Part shown: piece by piece, positions 1 through 12,317 of the stretch
How the letters are laid out: every line of letters starts with the position of its first letter
Numbering within the stretch: position 1 is the stretch's first letter
NCBI RefSeq assembly: GCF_036971445.1
Contig: NC_091478.1
Location: 76,260,001-76,324,000, forward strand
From: Narcine bancroftii
Lineage: Eukaryota
Length of the DNA stretch: 64,000 bases
Direction: 5' to 3'
Made by a program: the position numbers and the translations under genes
The notes under the pieces: generated by a model
What the model was told of the DNA's origin: nothing
Databases searched by the model: none
What the model saw: only the letters and a program-made list of their open reading frames with translations

Positions 1-78
1 AAATATATATATTAATTGAAACAAAACATTTGAAATAGAGAAAAATATCAGGGTTTTCGGAAACGAGCAGAATCTTAC

Positions 79-256
79 CCGTGCAAGCTACAGCTGCAAA
101 CACCCAACATTGGCCATATCGTACTTTCTCAGCCCCAGAACTGCTCCATTTGCGTAAAATCGGGAGACTCCCGTTCCATCTGGTGGGGGCAGTCCCATCG
201 GAGTAATCACCATCCCACCTCCCCGAAACTATGCCTTTGTCGTCATTTGAATTCAC
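79..256 (-). CDS. Transglutaminase exon 6 (catalytic Cys exon); gene continues beyond the left window edge
   Basis: Reverse complement reads [61 protein letters not shown] acceptor at 258-257, GTAAG donor at 78. 178 nt; Cys codon at 107-109. Confidence 0.95.
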
Positions 257-519
257 CTTTCAGGGAAAAAAAATATAGAGCATCTCATCTAACTTCATAA
301 ATAAATTTACGTAATCATCTGCAAAGTAAAAAATGTCTCTAAGAGTCAGAACTATAGCTAGGCAAATTTAATAGCCAAATCACCTTGACAAACATTATCA
401 TTGATTATTACTCCTTGGCAAAGGGCTCAGGCCCAAATGTCAGCCATATATCTTTGTCCCCATAGATGCTGAAAAGCCCGGCTGAGTTCCTCCAGCGTTT
501 CAGTGTTTTTACTATTATT

Positions 520-1080
520 GAAGTATTAAGTACAGGAGTTGGGATGTTATGGTAAATAAGATGTTGGTGAGGCCAAATTTGGAGTATTGTGTGCAGTTTT
601 GATCATCTAACTGCAGGAAAGATATCAATAAAATAGAAAGAGTGCAAAGAAGATTTACTAAGATGTTTCCTGACTTCAAGAATTGAGTTACAGGGAAAGG
701 TTAAACAGGTTAGGACTTTATTCACTGGAGTGTAGAAGAGATTTGATAGCAGTATTTAAAGTGACGAGGGGGAAAGACAGAGTAAATGTAGGTAGGCTTT
801 TTCCAGAGGGTAGGGGAGTTACAAACCAGAGGACATGAGTTAAAAGTGAACGGAAAAAAGTTTAGGGGGAGCTTCATCACGCAGAGAGTGGTGGGAGTGT
901 GGAACAAGCTGCCAGCTGAAGTGGTGAACGCGAGCTCAATTTTAACATTTAAGAATTTGGATAGGTACATGGATGGGAGAGCTATGGACTGGGTGCAAGT
1001 TAGTGTGATTAGGCAAAAAAATGTTCCGAATAGACTAGAAGGGCCAAAGGGGTCTGTTTCTGTGCTCCAGTGTTCTATTG
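520..1080 (+). mobile_element. CR1-type LINE 3' fragment (degraded)
   Basis: Remnants of LVRPNLEYCVQFW and FITQRVVGVWNKLPAEVV; boundaries approximate. Confidence 0.8.
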
Positions 1081-1866
1081 GTCATCTTGGCTTCACCACA
1101 TCACTCACAATCCCTTGGTTCTCTCAACCCCTTTACCTTTCAGCAACCTAAAATACTGTTTTTCCTCCCTCTTCCTCATCATGAAGAAAGGTCACCAAAG
1201 CATTAACTCTGCTTCTCTCTGAGCCAGTGTTGCCATTATTAATTTATTAATTAATTATTTTTTTTATTTAAAAAGGTCAGTTTCTCTTAGCTCCACACAG
1301 ACTCAGCTTGTGTACAGTGTGAAACTCATGCCAAACCTTAGATGGGCCTTTGGATCGTTTAAAAGGGACTTTTATATTTAAAGATTTTGGCCTCCTTCTT
1401 TTGAACAATTATGCATGGTATTTAACGATGTTGTAGATTCTAGGATTGTATCAAACAATCTGCACCTTATTTTGCAGCATGTAGAGAACGTCCTGAGCTG
1501 ACTTATTGGCTTATGATTGAAATAAATAAGTGATAATCATTCCTTTATAGGAATCTAGAGCTCTCAACCTTTCCCACACATGGACCATCTTATGTTTTCC
1601 TTTTCCTACTGTAGACCACTGGTTGAGAACTACAGTTCTCTGTCCTGTCAGTTGCTTTTTCTGTAAATTAGTTAGTTTTGATGTTGCGCTGTGAGGAACT
1701 CTTATATGTGGATTGCGGAGCCTGATACTATTCCCAAAGCAACAGGACCCACCAGGAACAGCAACCAAACTCTAACCCTGAAGCCTGATTGTTCATGGTG
1801 GTTCTTTTCCATGCCTCATGTCTTATTTTACCCATACTCCTCAGTTTTCTTATTTTTCAAAAAATG

Positions 1867-2335
1867 TATTGTATATGCCGGTGTATTGGACAACTCGTAT
1901 ACAAGATGACCTGGAATTTTCACCTAAAATGTGGGTTTTGAGCAATATCCTTTGTATAAGATGACCCAAATCTAGCACTTACCGTTGACCAGTGGATGCT
2001 GTTAAAAGCAAATCACAATACATTAATACCAAATTAATCTGAAAAGGTTAATTTTATGAGCATATTTTAAAATAAATCACCATCAACTCCTGTAACATAC
2101 CATTTAAAGCCTGGACAGAGCTGACAACAGTCAGACCGGACGGATGGACCCCGTGGAGGAGCACTGAGATTTTGTTGATAACTATAGGGCATGCACAACA
2201 TTGCATTAGAGCCGGATGAAACATGGCAACAGCGTTGAGACTTTGCTGTCAAGGTTCGGATTTTAGACTTAGCATAGGACTCAATTTTAAGGTGACATTT
2301 TTAAGGGATCGTCCTATACACAGACATATACGGTA
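1867..2335. mobile_element. Non-autonomous TIR DNA transposon (Tc1/mariner-pogo-like)
   Basis: Imperfect terminal inverted repeats tattgtatatgccggtgtattggac ... gtcctatacacagacatatacggta with TA ends. Confidence 0.55.
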
Positions 2336-2344
2336 CATGTTTCC

Positions 2345-2775
2345 CGCAGTTCAGAAACAACGTTACAGGGAAAGGTTAAACATGTTAGGACTTTATTCCC
2401 TAGCATGTAGAAGAATGAGGGGAGATTTAATAGAGGTATTTGAAATTATGAGAGGGATAGACAGAGTAAATGTACATAAGCTTTTTCCACCAAGGGTAGG
2501 GGAGATACAAATTAGAGGACATGGGTTAAGAGTGAAAGGAAAAAAGTTTAGGGGGAACTTCTTTGCTCAAAGAGTGGTGAGAGTGTGAATTGAGCTGCCA
2601 GCTGAAGTGGTAAATTTGGGGTCAATTTAAGAAGAACTCGAACAGGTACATGGATGGAAAAGGTATGGAGGGTTATGAACTGGGTGAAGGACAGTGGGAC
2701 AAGGCAAAAAAAAAAGTGGTTCAGTACAGACTAGAAGGGTCGAAAAAACCTGTTTCTGTGCTCTATGGTTCTATA
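2345..2775 (+). mobile_element. CR1-type LINE 3' fragment
   Basis: YRERLNMLGLYSLACRRMRGDLIEVFEIMRG motif; similar to 520-1080. Confidence 0.8.
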
Positions 2776-2963
2776 ACTTCCCAAGGCAAGATGCAATTAG
2801 TTTTGTAGCCAAATTAAGTCAAGATTACATCTGTTTGGTTTTAATGCAATATTGTACTCCCAAACCAGAATCTACAATTCCAACCTGAAACTAGCCTGTA
2901 GTTTATCAGATGACAAAGCCTGTTAAAACAGGTTTTAAAAAAACCACAATTCTTGAAGCTCAC

Positions 2964-3092
2964 CATAGCAGTCAGTATTCGGCTGATATATATAGGATCA
3001 CCTCTTTTCAAAGCATCAGACAAAGGATTCTTCAGAGCAGATAGACTGTTGTCCAAAATTTGGAAGCAGATATTGAGGACATCTTTTTCAAA
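2964..3092 (-). CDS. Transglutaminase exon 5
   Basis: FEKDVLNICFQILDNSLSALKNPLSDALKRGDPIYISRILTAM; tttacag acceptor, gtgag donor; 129 nt, phase 0-0. Confidence 0.93.
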
Positions 3093-3187
3093 CTGTAAAG
3101 ACATGACTCAAAATAGCAACAAGTCTCAGAGTAATGGTGCTGAAAGAAAAGATAGATAGATTCTGGAGATCTTAAAATTTACATTAC

Positions 3188-3297
3188 TTGTCCGAAATTC
3201 CATGATAATGGGAGAAAGGCAGAACGGTAGAGGATTCCATTCTCATTTAGGATGTATTCCCCCAGAAGATCCTCATGCGGCAGGTACACAGAATCCT
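3188..3297 (-). CDS. Transglutaminase exon 4
   Basis: EDSVYLPHEDLLGEYILNENGILYRSAFLPLSWNFGQ; ccag acceptor, gtaat donor; 110 nt, phase 1-0. Confidence 0.92.
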
Positions 3298-4229
3298 CTG
3301 GTTGTTGGAATGAGGGGCAGTGGGGGGGGGGGGGGGGAACAGAAAGGGGGAAGAGAGGCAATTAAATTCTTTTTTTTGTTTTAATTTCAATTCACCTGCA
3401 CATCATTGGTGCACAAACAGCTGTTAAGAGTATGCTCATAGACAACGGTCCCAATAGCTGAATGAGTGAATGAACTACCCAGTATTCAATCACAGCCATG
3501 CTCTAAGTCTATGATTATAGATGCCAGCATTTCATTGGGTTTTTACAACAATCACAGCGTATGCAGAATTTCGTGTTTCACTCATCCAAGGATTTTCATG
3601 AAAGGTCCTGCAGTCACACAGAACAAACCTGGGCTACATGGAAGAAAGGTCATCAAAATGGTTCATCTGGCTGAAAGGTATTGCTGTAACCAGCATCTTT
3701 ATTTAAAAGTTTGCATGCATGTTTTGAAACATCTCCTTGCCTTTTGGTTCCTGTCTCATTCTGACCCACTCTATATTCCTTCCTTTCCCAAGACCAATGT
3801 TGAAAGAGCTATCGCTAATCTGATTCTTACAGAATTCTCTCTCTAAATGGCCTCGCCTGGCAATATGCCTCCTCGATATGCATCCACCCACTTCCCATTA
3901 TTCCCTTTTCCATCTCGACATCTTGCCCTGCTTTATCAATCATGTTGACAATTGTAAAGTATTAGACGAGATGTTGCTGTCACAGATTATACTAATTTAT
4001 GAACACTTGAAATTTCCCCAGTATTTAGTCTTAATGAAATTTGTGTCAAGTTTAAAAGTTTATCACTACAACCTTTAAATCCACTTTGTAATGCTTATAT
4101 GTGAAGTTATTGTTGAATTTGCTTATTTTTCATTTTCTTTCCACTGATTTTAATAGAATAATTATAAAAAGAACTGCAGAACTATAAAATTGAGTTAAAC
4201 ACACATTCTAGAAGCCAGGGGAACATGAA

Positions 4230-4780
4230 CCAGTCCTCATTGAGAGCTGAGTAGTGGAGATGGACTTAAATTCCTGGGTGTCAACATCTCCGGGGATCTA
4301 TCCTGGAGTCTCCATGTCGATGCAATCAGGAAGATGGCTTGCCAAAGCTTGTATTTTGTGAAACTTTACAGTTATACTGTGGAGAGCATTCTGGCTGCCA
4401 ATGGTCAGGACAAGAAAAAAAAACTCCAGATGGTTGTTAACTTTACCTGTGATATAACAGGCACCAGTCTTCACTCTATCAAGGGCATCTACAAGAGGTA
4501 TTGTCTTTAAGAAAGCAGCTTCTATCCTCAGGGATCACCCACCCTCTTCATTCTCCTAGCATTGGGGGGGGGGGGGGGGGGGGGGGAAACAAGGTACAGA
4601 AGCCTAAAATCAAGCACTTAGTGGCAAGACCAGCTTCTTCCCTTCTGCCTCACTTTGACTTGTCATGCACTATTTTTATTTATTTTTGTAAGGTGGTTGA
4701 TAGGAATGTTTGCGTAGTGAGGTTTCCGCAAAACAGTGAATTTCATGACTTGTTCATGACAATAAATTCTGATTCTGACA
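4230..4780 (+). mobile_element. Rex1/L2-like LINE 3' fragment
   Basis: KFLGVNIS.DLSW and TVESILAG remnants, (attctg)n tail; boundaries approximate. Confidence 0.55.
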
Positions 4781-5999
4781 TTCACAAAATACAACGTGGA
4801 ATTGTTAATATCAATCGGAGTCATGATGCCAAGATGCATTGTATAGATTGATCAATTTGAAAAGAAAATATACCATAACATTTCCTGAGCACAAAAGGTA
4901 CATGTTAATCACAAATCAATAAAATATTGCACTGTTCTGTTCTGTTGCAAGTACTATCTATAGTGATTGTAACAAATAATATTCTTTTGGTGATTAACCA
5001 ATGAATTATATAAATGAAATCTTTTACTGATCAATATGCAAATGAGTGTATTATGCAAGTTCAATAGTGGGTACCTTTAGAATTGTGCATGTTCCTGTAA
5101 ATAGTCAAGCTCGGTTCTATCCAGAGCCATTTAACTGCACACTGTGAACATTACACTTATAGTCTGTAATGATAAGCACATAAATGCTAAATAACATAAT
5201 TGATAAATTTATTGAGAGAAAGGAACTACAATGAAGAAAACCTCTCTTCCATCTATAATTTCAAATAGCTTTAGGAACTGTTTAATGGTTTCTCCACAAT
5301 TTTTTTCCACAGTTTCAATCATCTTGGTTATCAGGAAAGCAAGTCTCTGTGTTTTAGAGAAATGTGAATTTTGGGAATAGAATGGTTCACAGTTTGTTTA
5401 AACTATTGCAGCTTAAGGATAAACAAGATTCACTCCTCTTTAGACTAAAGAGGTGAGGCAGGCAGGCAACCAGTGAGCCTTTTCCTTTCCCTCAATGCTT
5501 ACATTTTTGTATTCCTGATGCTCAAGGGACTCAGTAGACCAGAAAGTTTTCCTGTAACAACTCAGCAGTGTGCTTTTTTGGAGAGGGAGATTTTTGGTGG
5601 CGTGATAAAACACAACATCTTCTCAGCCAGTACATAGTGTATCTTGTGACAAATTTAGGATTTATTAAATACACAGGAGGTCAAAACTAAAAGCAGTCTT
5701 AGAATAAGAGGCTGGGAATAATCAGCGAGAATATGTAAACACATTTAATGACCTGGTTTTAGTTCTACTTTGTATTTTATTTTTATAGAATTTCTTCAAT
5801 GTTTTCTTTTAAAATTGCTACATTCACATTTATAATATTAATTACCTGTGTAAGAGTTCTAATTGCACTTTCCCATCAATAGTATAACATTCAGAGAATA
5901 ATGTAGAACAGCTATCATCAACAGGGACCATACTGTGGTCCACAACACAATAAGCAAGTCTCATTTTCTTTTCACCTGACTTAACATAAATAAGTTTTA

Positions 6000-6685
6000 A
6001 TGTAGTCAGTAGGAGAGAAGTACGGAAGAAATCAAAACTTGGCTGCTTCACAGGAAGGGGGCCCATAAACAGTGAGCAGAGTCCTAAGGGGGCATAGCCA
6101 AAAGAAGGTTGAGAACAGCTGATGTAGATCGATGAGGTTATCCATTTTGGTTGCAATAACAGGCAGGAAGATTACTATGTGAATAGAGACGAATGAACAA
6201 AAGGGGAGGGGCAACAAGACCACTGTATCATGGTGCATCGGTCATTGAAAGCTGGAATGCAGATAGTAAATGGCATGTTGGCTTTTACTGCAAGATGCTT
6301 TGAATATAGATGCAAGGAAATCTGAATGCAGTTGTATAGGGCCTTGTACAGTTTTGGTCTCCCAATCTGAGGAAGGACATTCTTGCTATTGATGGGATGC
6401 AGCAGAGGTTTACCAGATTGATTTCTGGGATGGCAGGACTAACATGATGCATGAAGAAAGACTGGTTAGACTAGGGTTATATTCATTGACATTTCAAAGA
6501 ATGACAGGGGATCTCATTGAAACACACAAATATTCTGACAGTATTGGACAGGTTTGATGCAGAAAGAATGTCCAGAATAAGAGGTCACAGTTTAAGGAAA
6601 AGGGGCAAGAGAGGAGTCAAAACTTCTTCATACAGAGATTTGTAAACTTTTGGAACTTCCTACCACAGAAAATGCTGAGGCCAGT
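6000..6685 (+). mobile_element. CR1-type LINE fragment, interrupted by an RTE insertion
   Basis: EVIHFG, QFWSPNLRKDILAI and GDLIET remnants; the CR1 resumes at about 7510. Confidence 0.7.
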
Positions 6686-7510
6686 TCATTTTCTTCTTTT
6701 TCTTTGGCTTGGCTTCACGGACGAAGATTTATGGAGGAGGTAAATGTCCACGTCAGCTGCAGGCTCGTTTGTGGCTGACAAGTCCGATGCGGGACAGGCA
6801 GACACGGGTGCAGCGGTTGCAGGGGAAAATTGGTGGGTTGGGGTTGGGTGTTGGGTTTTTCCTCCTTTGCCTTTTGTCAGTGAGGTGGGCTCTGCGGTCT
6901 TCTTCAAAGGAGGTTGCTGCCCGCCGAACTGTGAGGCGCCAAGATGCACGGTTTGAGGCGATATCAGCCCACTGGCGGTGGTCAATGTGGCAGGCACCAA
7001 GAGATTTCTTTAGGCAGTCCTTGTACCTTTTCTTTGGTGCACCTCTGTCACGGTGGCCAGTGGAGAGCTCGCCATATAACACGATCTTGGGAAGGCGATG
7101 GTCCTCCATTCTGGAGACGTGACCCATCCAGCGCAGCTGGATCTTCAGCAGCGTGGACTCGATGCTGTCGACCTCTGCCATCTCGAGTACTTCGACGTTA
7201 GGGATGTAAGCGCTCCAATGGATGTTGAGGATGGAGCGGAGACAACGCTGGTGGAAGCGTTCTAGGAGCCGTAGGTGATGCCGGTAGAGGACCCATGATT
7301 CGGAGCCGAACAGGAGTGTGGGTATGACAACGGCTCTGTTTACGCTTATCTTTGTGAGGTTTTTCAGTTGGTTGTTTTTCCAGACTCTTTTGTGTAGTCT
7401 TCCAAAGGCGCTATTTGCCTTGGCGAGTCTGTTGTCTATCTCGTTGTCGATCCTTGCATCTAATGAAATGGTGCAGCCGAGATAGGTAAACTGGTTGACC
7501 GTTTTGAGTT
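6686..7510 (-). mobile_element. Young RTE-clade LINE, 5'-truncated
   Basis: LRWMGHVSRMEDHRLPKIVLYGEL...RYKDCLKKSL, C-terminal CxxC..H..C, purine-repeat tail; near-identical to three other copies. Confidence 0.9.
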
Positions 7511-8532
7511 AGATATATTCAAAAGGGAGATGAATGTGGCCCTTGGGCCAAATGGGTCCAATGGTATGAAGAGATGGCAGGAAGATGCAAGATGGTTATA
7601 ATATGAATGTTTTCACTATTGCTGCAAAACACTGCATTTCATGACTATATTTCTGATTCTGAATAGGATGCTGAAGTTATAGGATCAACAGCACATCCAC
7701 AGAGGGAAATACAGAGTCACAAAATAATTGCAGACAATTTGTATTTGCATAAATAATGTTATTTAATAATAGAGGAAATTTCCAGGATTGCTGCAGATAC
7801 AGAATTTATGAATAAGAGCATGTAATTATATTTCTCGCAGCACGACACATGAAGAAGGTTACACCAGTGGTCAGATCAGAGACAATAGTTATACAGGTTC
7901 CAGAGCTACAATTCAGAGGATTTGCAGGCAATTCATGGACATCACAAGAAAGGGTAGAGGATGTTTTCAATGAGAAAAGAAATTATTTTGATATTTAAAC
8001 GAGTCTCCTTGTATGAACTGTACTATCCACGTCTTAATATTTGATGTATTGAGAAACAAAGGCAAAATAATCTGTGAAAAATAGCTACTGATAAGATTGG
8101 ACACAAGCTGGTTAATGATTAATAACTTTTTAAAATAAAGAAATATTAATTTTCATAATCAATCTTTCTGTACCTTTGATTTATTCATAGGTGTGTAACT
8201 GATTGATAAATTAGCAAGTGTGAGGAAGGGACTTGTTTTCACATGGACTGTTCAGTGATCATTAGGACAGTAAAGCCTGATAGGTGATACCACAAGTTCC
8301 TTTGCTCACCATCTGTCACCAAACTAATCTGGGAGTTAGTTCCTTCAGAAATGAACATTCCTTCAGAAATTCTCCTTGGACGCAAGAAGAAATAAGATGA
8401 AAATAACCAGTGAGTGCTTAAAATGACTCTTGCACATTTAACCCTTGATTCTGCCTTGGTGACAAATATTATCACATCAATTGCTCTTAAAAGTTGTCCA
8501 CATAAAAGCAAGAGGCAAGACGGGGCAATTAC

Positions 8533-8775
8533 CTTTACACCAGGGGTTGAAGAGAAGGTGAAAGGACCCTGCAGTCATCTGTTGCAAGCCTTCTCCTCCA
8601 CTTGGAACGAAGAGCAGATGCATCTGATAGTGGCCAATGCAGGCATTGGCCGGGCTGCACACAGTCAGGTGAAGGGACCCAGGAGCAGGTTCCACACGGT
8701 ACGTCCATTTGTCCCGCTCCGCCGCCGACTTGGCAGCTTCAATGCGAATTCTGTTGGCTTCGGATGACGAGGGTC
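8533..8775 (-). CDS. Transglutaminase exon 3
   Basis: GPSSSEANRIRIE...SPANACIGHYQM...GSFHLLFNPWCK (typical transglutaminase beta-sandwich end LLFNPWC); 243 nt, phase 1-1. Confidence 0.93.
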
Positions 8776-9466
8776 CTGTGCAGAGAATCATTTACCTTTA
8801 GCCAATGACATGTGCAAGAAAATCGCGTAAATCACAGGGAAACTTGAAGTGAAAACTTTGCACTGACGTTGAGTCAGTTCGAGATAGTTATCAAGGTTCT
8901 TCCAAAAGATCTCGGACCTCAAACAAACTGCTTTTTGTCCCCACAGAGATTTCCTAACATAGTAGATCTTTCCACATCACTGTCTAAAATGGGAATTTTC
9001 CCGGGAACCCTCCCATGAACCAGCGGTGTGAAAATGTCGGCTCGGGATCATTTCCCTGGGCCACTCATTCCCTGCGGTCTGAATGGCTGAAGAGGGGAAG
9101 CGACAGGATGTTACCACTTGTGTTCTGCATTATCGTGTCGTCATTTAAGCTCGTCAACCTCAATTTGTCTTCAATAAATCAGTTCATTCTGTATTTTTCC
9201 TCTTGCATTTCTAAAGACCGGTACATTCAAATTCCAAATTGTAAAAATTCACAAAACAGTTTCCAAGCCCAACATAAAGGTTCAACTGTGCTGTTACTTT
9301 TAAATTATAAAGTTCTGACTGAAGCAGCAATGATTTTTGTTCTTATCATTTTAAAGAATTGTGGTCACGTTTGCCCAATATTTAAGAAAGTGTGCTATAC
9401 AAATTCATCGTCATTCACTTTGCTGTCCTTCAAGAGCTTTCAGACCTGGTGTGGGGGGGTGGTAAT

Positions 9467-9815
9467 CAGTGATTTTCAAACTGCTCTCTCAACTCACATT
9501 CCAGGTTAAGCAATCCCTATGTCATAAATGTTTTGTGATTAGTAAGGGATTGCTTAAAGTGGTATGTGAGTGGGAAGAAAATGGTTTGAAAACCGCTGTT
9601 TTAATCATACGTAATTGACTTGTTATGTGCACGGTTTCATAACTTCAAAGGAAATGCTTTTCTCAGGCAAAATATTTCAGTAACAATCGGGTGAGGAGCA
9701 GTAATTCTCAGCTCACACTCACATACCACCTTAAGCAATCCCTTTCTAATCACAGAGCACTTATGGCATAGGAAATAGTGGTAAGCGAGACTGGGAAGCA
9801 GTTTGAAATTTACTG
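9467..9815. mobile_element. hAT-type MITE made of palindromic modules
   Basis: cagtgattttcaaac... ends and internal inverted arms (ttaagcaatccct / agggattgcttaa); related to 26876-27033. Confidence 0.55.
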
Positions 9816-9983
9816 GGGTCGATAGAAAGAGTGGGGATAACAGCTACGAAGTCACAAGTTAAAGGAATAAGCGCAAGGAGCTGGAACATGAGCAGCCTGT
9901 AACTTAAGACATGCCATTAACATGGCCCTTCGAATGGTGAATGAATAAACAAGTCACGAAACGCCACTTCAAGTCAGTCAGAC

Positions 9984-10166
9984 CTGTGACCAGGCAGAGT
10001 GTGAGCTGGTCTTGTCCCTCGAGGTAAACCTGGCGTTTGAATTCCACAGACAGGTGGAACGCCTGTCCTCTGCGCAGGAGCAGGCTGTCCAAGGCAATTT
10101 CAGCGGTGTGATGCTGAGTGTTGTTCGCTTCACATTGCAGGTCCACGGCTCCCAAATACTGGCTTC
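9984..10166 (-). CDS. Transglutaminase exon 2
   Basis: SQYLGAVDLQCEANNTQHHTAEIALDSLLLRRGQAF...LCLVTG (N-terminal HHT...RRGQ motif); 183 nt, phase 1-1. Confidence 0.92.
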
Positions 10167-10344
10167 CTATCGGAGAACATTAATCGTGAACATTAATCAC
10201 ATCCACAAACGCGCAAGACCTCGGCGGAGCATTGCCAATGAGTTTTAAATAGAATTAATCAGCTGCCACCTTTAATAAATAGGCGACATGTGGTGTAATT
10301 CGCAAACTTTAAACGGCATTGTACGGTTTGTAACTGCTCCTTAC

Positions 10345-10381
10345 CAGCTATTGGTTTGGGTGTCGAAGTGAAGCGCTCCAT
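10345..10381 (-). CDS. Transglutaminase exon 1 coding part (MERFTSTPKPIA-G); TGM2-like exon architecture, subfamily not assigned
   Basis: ATG in agaATGG context, CTG/GTAAG donor, phase 1 matches exon 2; TATAAA about 75 nt upstream. Confidence 0.75.
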
Positions 10382-10453
10382 TCTTCAAAGAACCTTAGCT
10401 GCTCGCCGCTGTTCACAGCACTGGACTGTGGTGGAATTCCATGTCGACCCTTA

Positions 10454-10459
10454 TTTATA
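10454..10459 (-). promoter_or_regulatory. TATA box of the transglutaminase gene
   Basis: ATATAAATAA on the minus strand about 75 nt upstream of the predicted ATG. Confidence 0.6.
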
Positions 10460-10869
10460 TTGACACTCACGTAAGCTTCAGAGACGACGCTCTCAAAATA
10501 CCCACGACTTGCGTATAAAAGGGCCATTGCATGGTCATTTCCCCCACAAGCTGGTTCGTGCCACCTCGGAATTTAATCCGAAACCAACAATGGCAATCAA
10601 TGAAGTGGAATTACACGGCATTGAGAAATCACACGACCTTCCTCATTCCCCCTCACGTACAGGCTGAGAAAAATTGGCGATCCCTCCATAGCACTCACCT
10701 GTAAAAGAAATGAAGTATGTAAAATATTCAGTCGATCACAAATTTGAAAGCTTTTTGTGTAAGATATATGTGGAGGAGAAATATTTAAAGTTTAAGGGTC
10801 TGTAAAAGGTTGTTTCTTCACCGTTCTTACTCATTCCATTTACATTTCTTCCTCACAATCCCTTAATAG

Positions 10870-11270
10870 GGGGATTGAGTTCCTGAGCAGAGAGGTGATG
10901 TCGCAACTCTACAAATCTCTGGTGAGACCACACTGAGTATTGTGTTCAGTTCTGGCCATCTCATTGTAGGAAGGACGTGGAAGCTACGGAGAAGGAACAA
11001 AGGATGTTGCCTGGATTGGAATATGTTTTATGAGGCAAGGTTTGAGACTTCTCTTTGAGGCATAGAAGGATGAGAGAAGACCTAACATAGGTCAAGTAAA
11101 GCAACACGTCACTTGTGAATCTTCAATTTCCATCCCCATTCCCTTGCTGAAGAGTCTGTCCATGGTCTCATGCACTGCCAGACTGAGACCACCCACAAAT
11201 TGGAGAAACAACACTTCATCTTCCGTCTGGAATTACCTAACATACAAGATTATGAGAGGCATTGACATGG
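10870..11270 (+). mobile_element. CR1 fragment with an inserted Penelope-derived segment (11093-11233)
   Basis: LYKSLVRPH.EYCVQFW remnant; the insert matches 13121-13261. Confidence 0.7.
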
Positions 11271-12317
11271 AGATGTCAATGGAAATAGAACCATTGACAT
11301 GCCATGGTTAGCCAGCACCTTTAAACCCCGCCTCGATAACTAGCGCTGTAAAGGTGTAACACTAACCACTCCAACAACCGTGCCATATCCTTAGTATTAT
11401 GTTCATATATACATTCCATTACTGTACATTAACTCTCTAATTTGCTATGTGGCATTTTTTAAGGACGATATGAGTCAGCGGGAGGGCCAAAGGACCTGTA
11501 CTGTGCTGTAGTGTTCTGTGTTCTAATCCCTCGAGTTCTCCAACTGCACATTTAAGCCCGAAATGTTGGTCATGCATCTTTATCTTTGCTATATAATTAC
11601 AGTGAGACTGCGTTCCCAGCCATTACAATCCAACAGTTTCAATTAACATTTGTGTCACATTCTTAAAATGGGATTCATTCACTCCCCACAACACGTTCAC
11701 AACCGATAGGACAGATGGAAATAATAAACTGACCCACTGGTTTTTATTCGGGAATAACTGTGGAGGGGTCAGCAATCAATATTTCTGCAGACCTCATTGC
11801 TCTGTGGCAGAGTGTCCCTATTGTTTTCACACCACTTTGCACTCTCCCTTGGCCACTTCAGCACCACACGCACAAAGCAGGGTCAGGTTCAAGGCTGGAG
11901 ATTGAAGGTGGGGTTTATGCTATGATTAATAGACCTACTAAATCTCCCAAATCCAGGAAGGATAGATGCGGTATGGTGGTAATAACATTTGAGTTGCCAA
12001 TGGAAATGGATCGTTTGCATGATCATCTGTTCCCAACATGCTGATATACATCTCCTGTTACCACAGAGACTGAGCAGCTGCACACCACTTAGATCCCGAT
12101 GTGAAATGATAGCCCATCCAACACAGCACAATTAATTCAATGAATCTCAAACATTTGGAATTCAGGCTTTTCTTCAGCAAGTTAACACTTGATATGCATC
12201 AAAGTTATACTGGATAAAATAACATTGCTCCCTTAAAATCTGCTGCACTTATCCCTTTTTTAAAAGGATGTTCAATGTCACAGCCTTGCCTTATCAAGAA
12301 AACAAGAAAGTCTGCAT

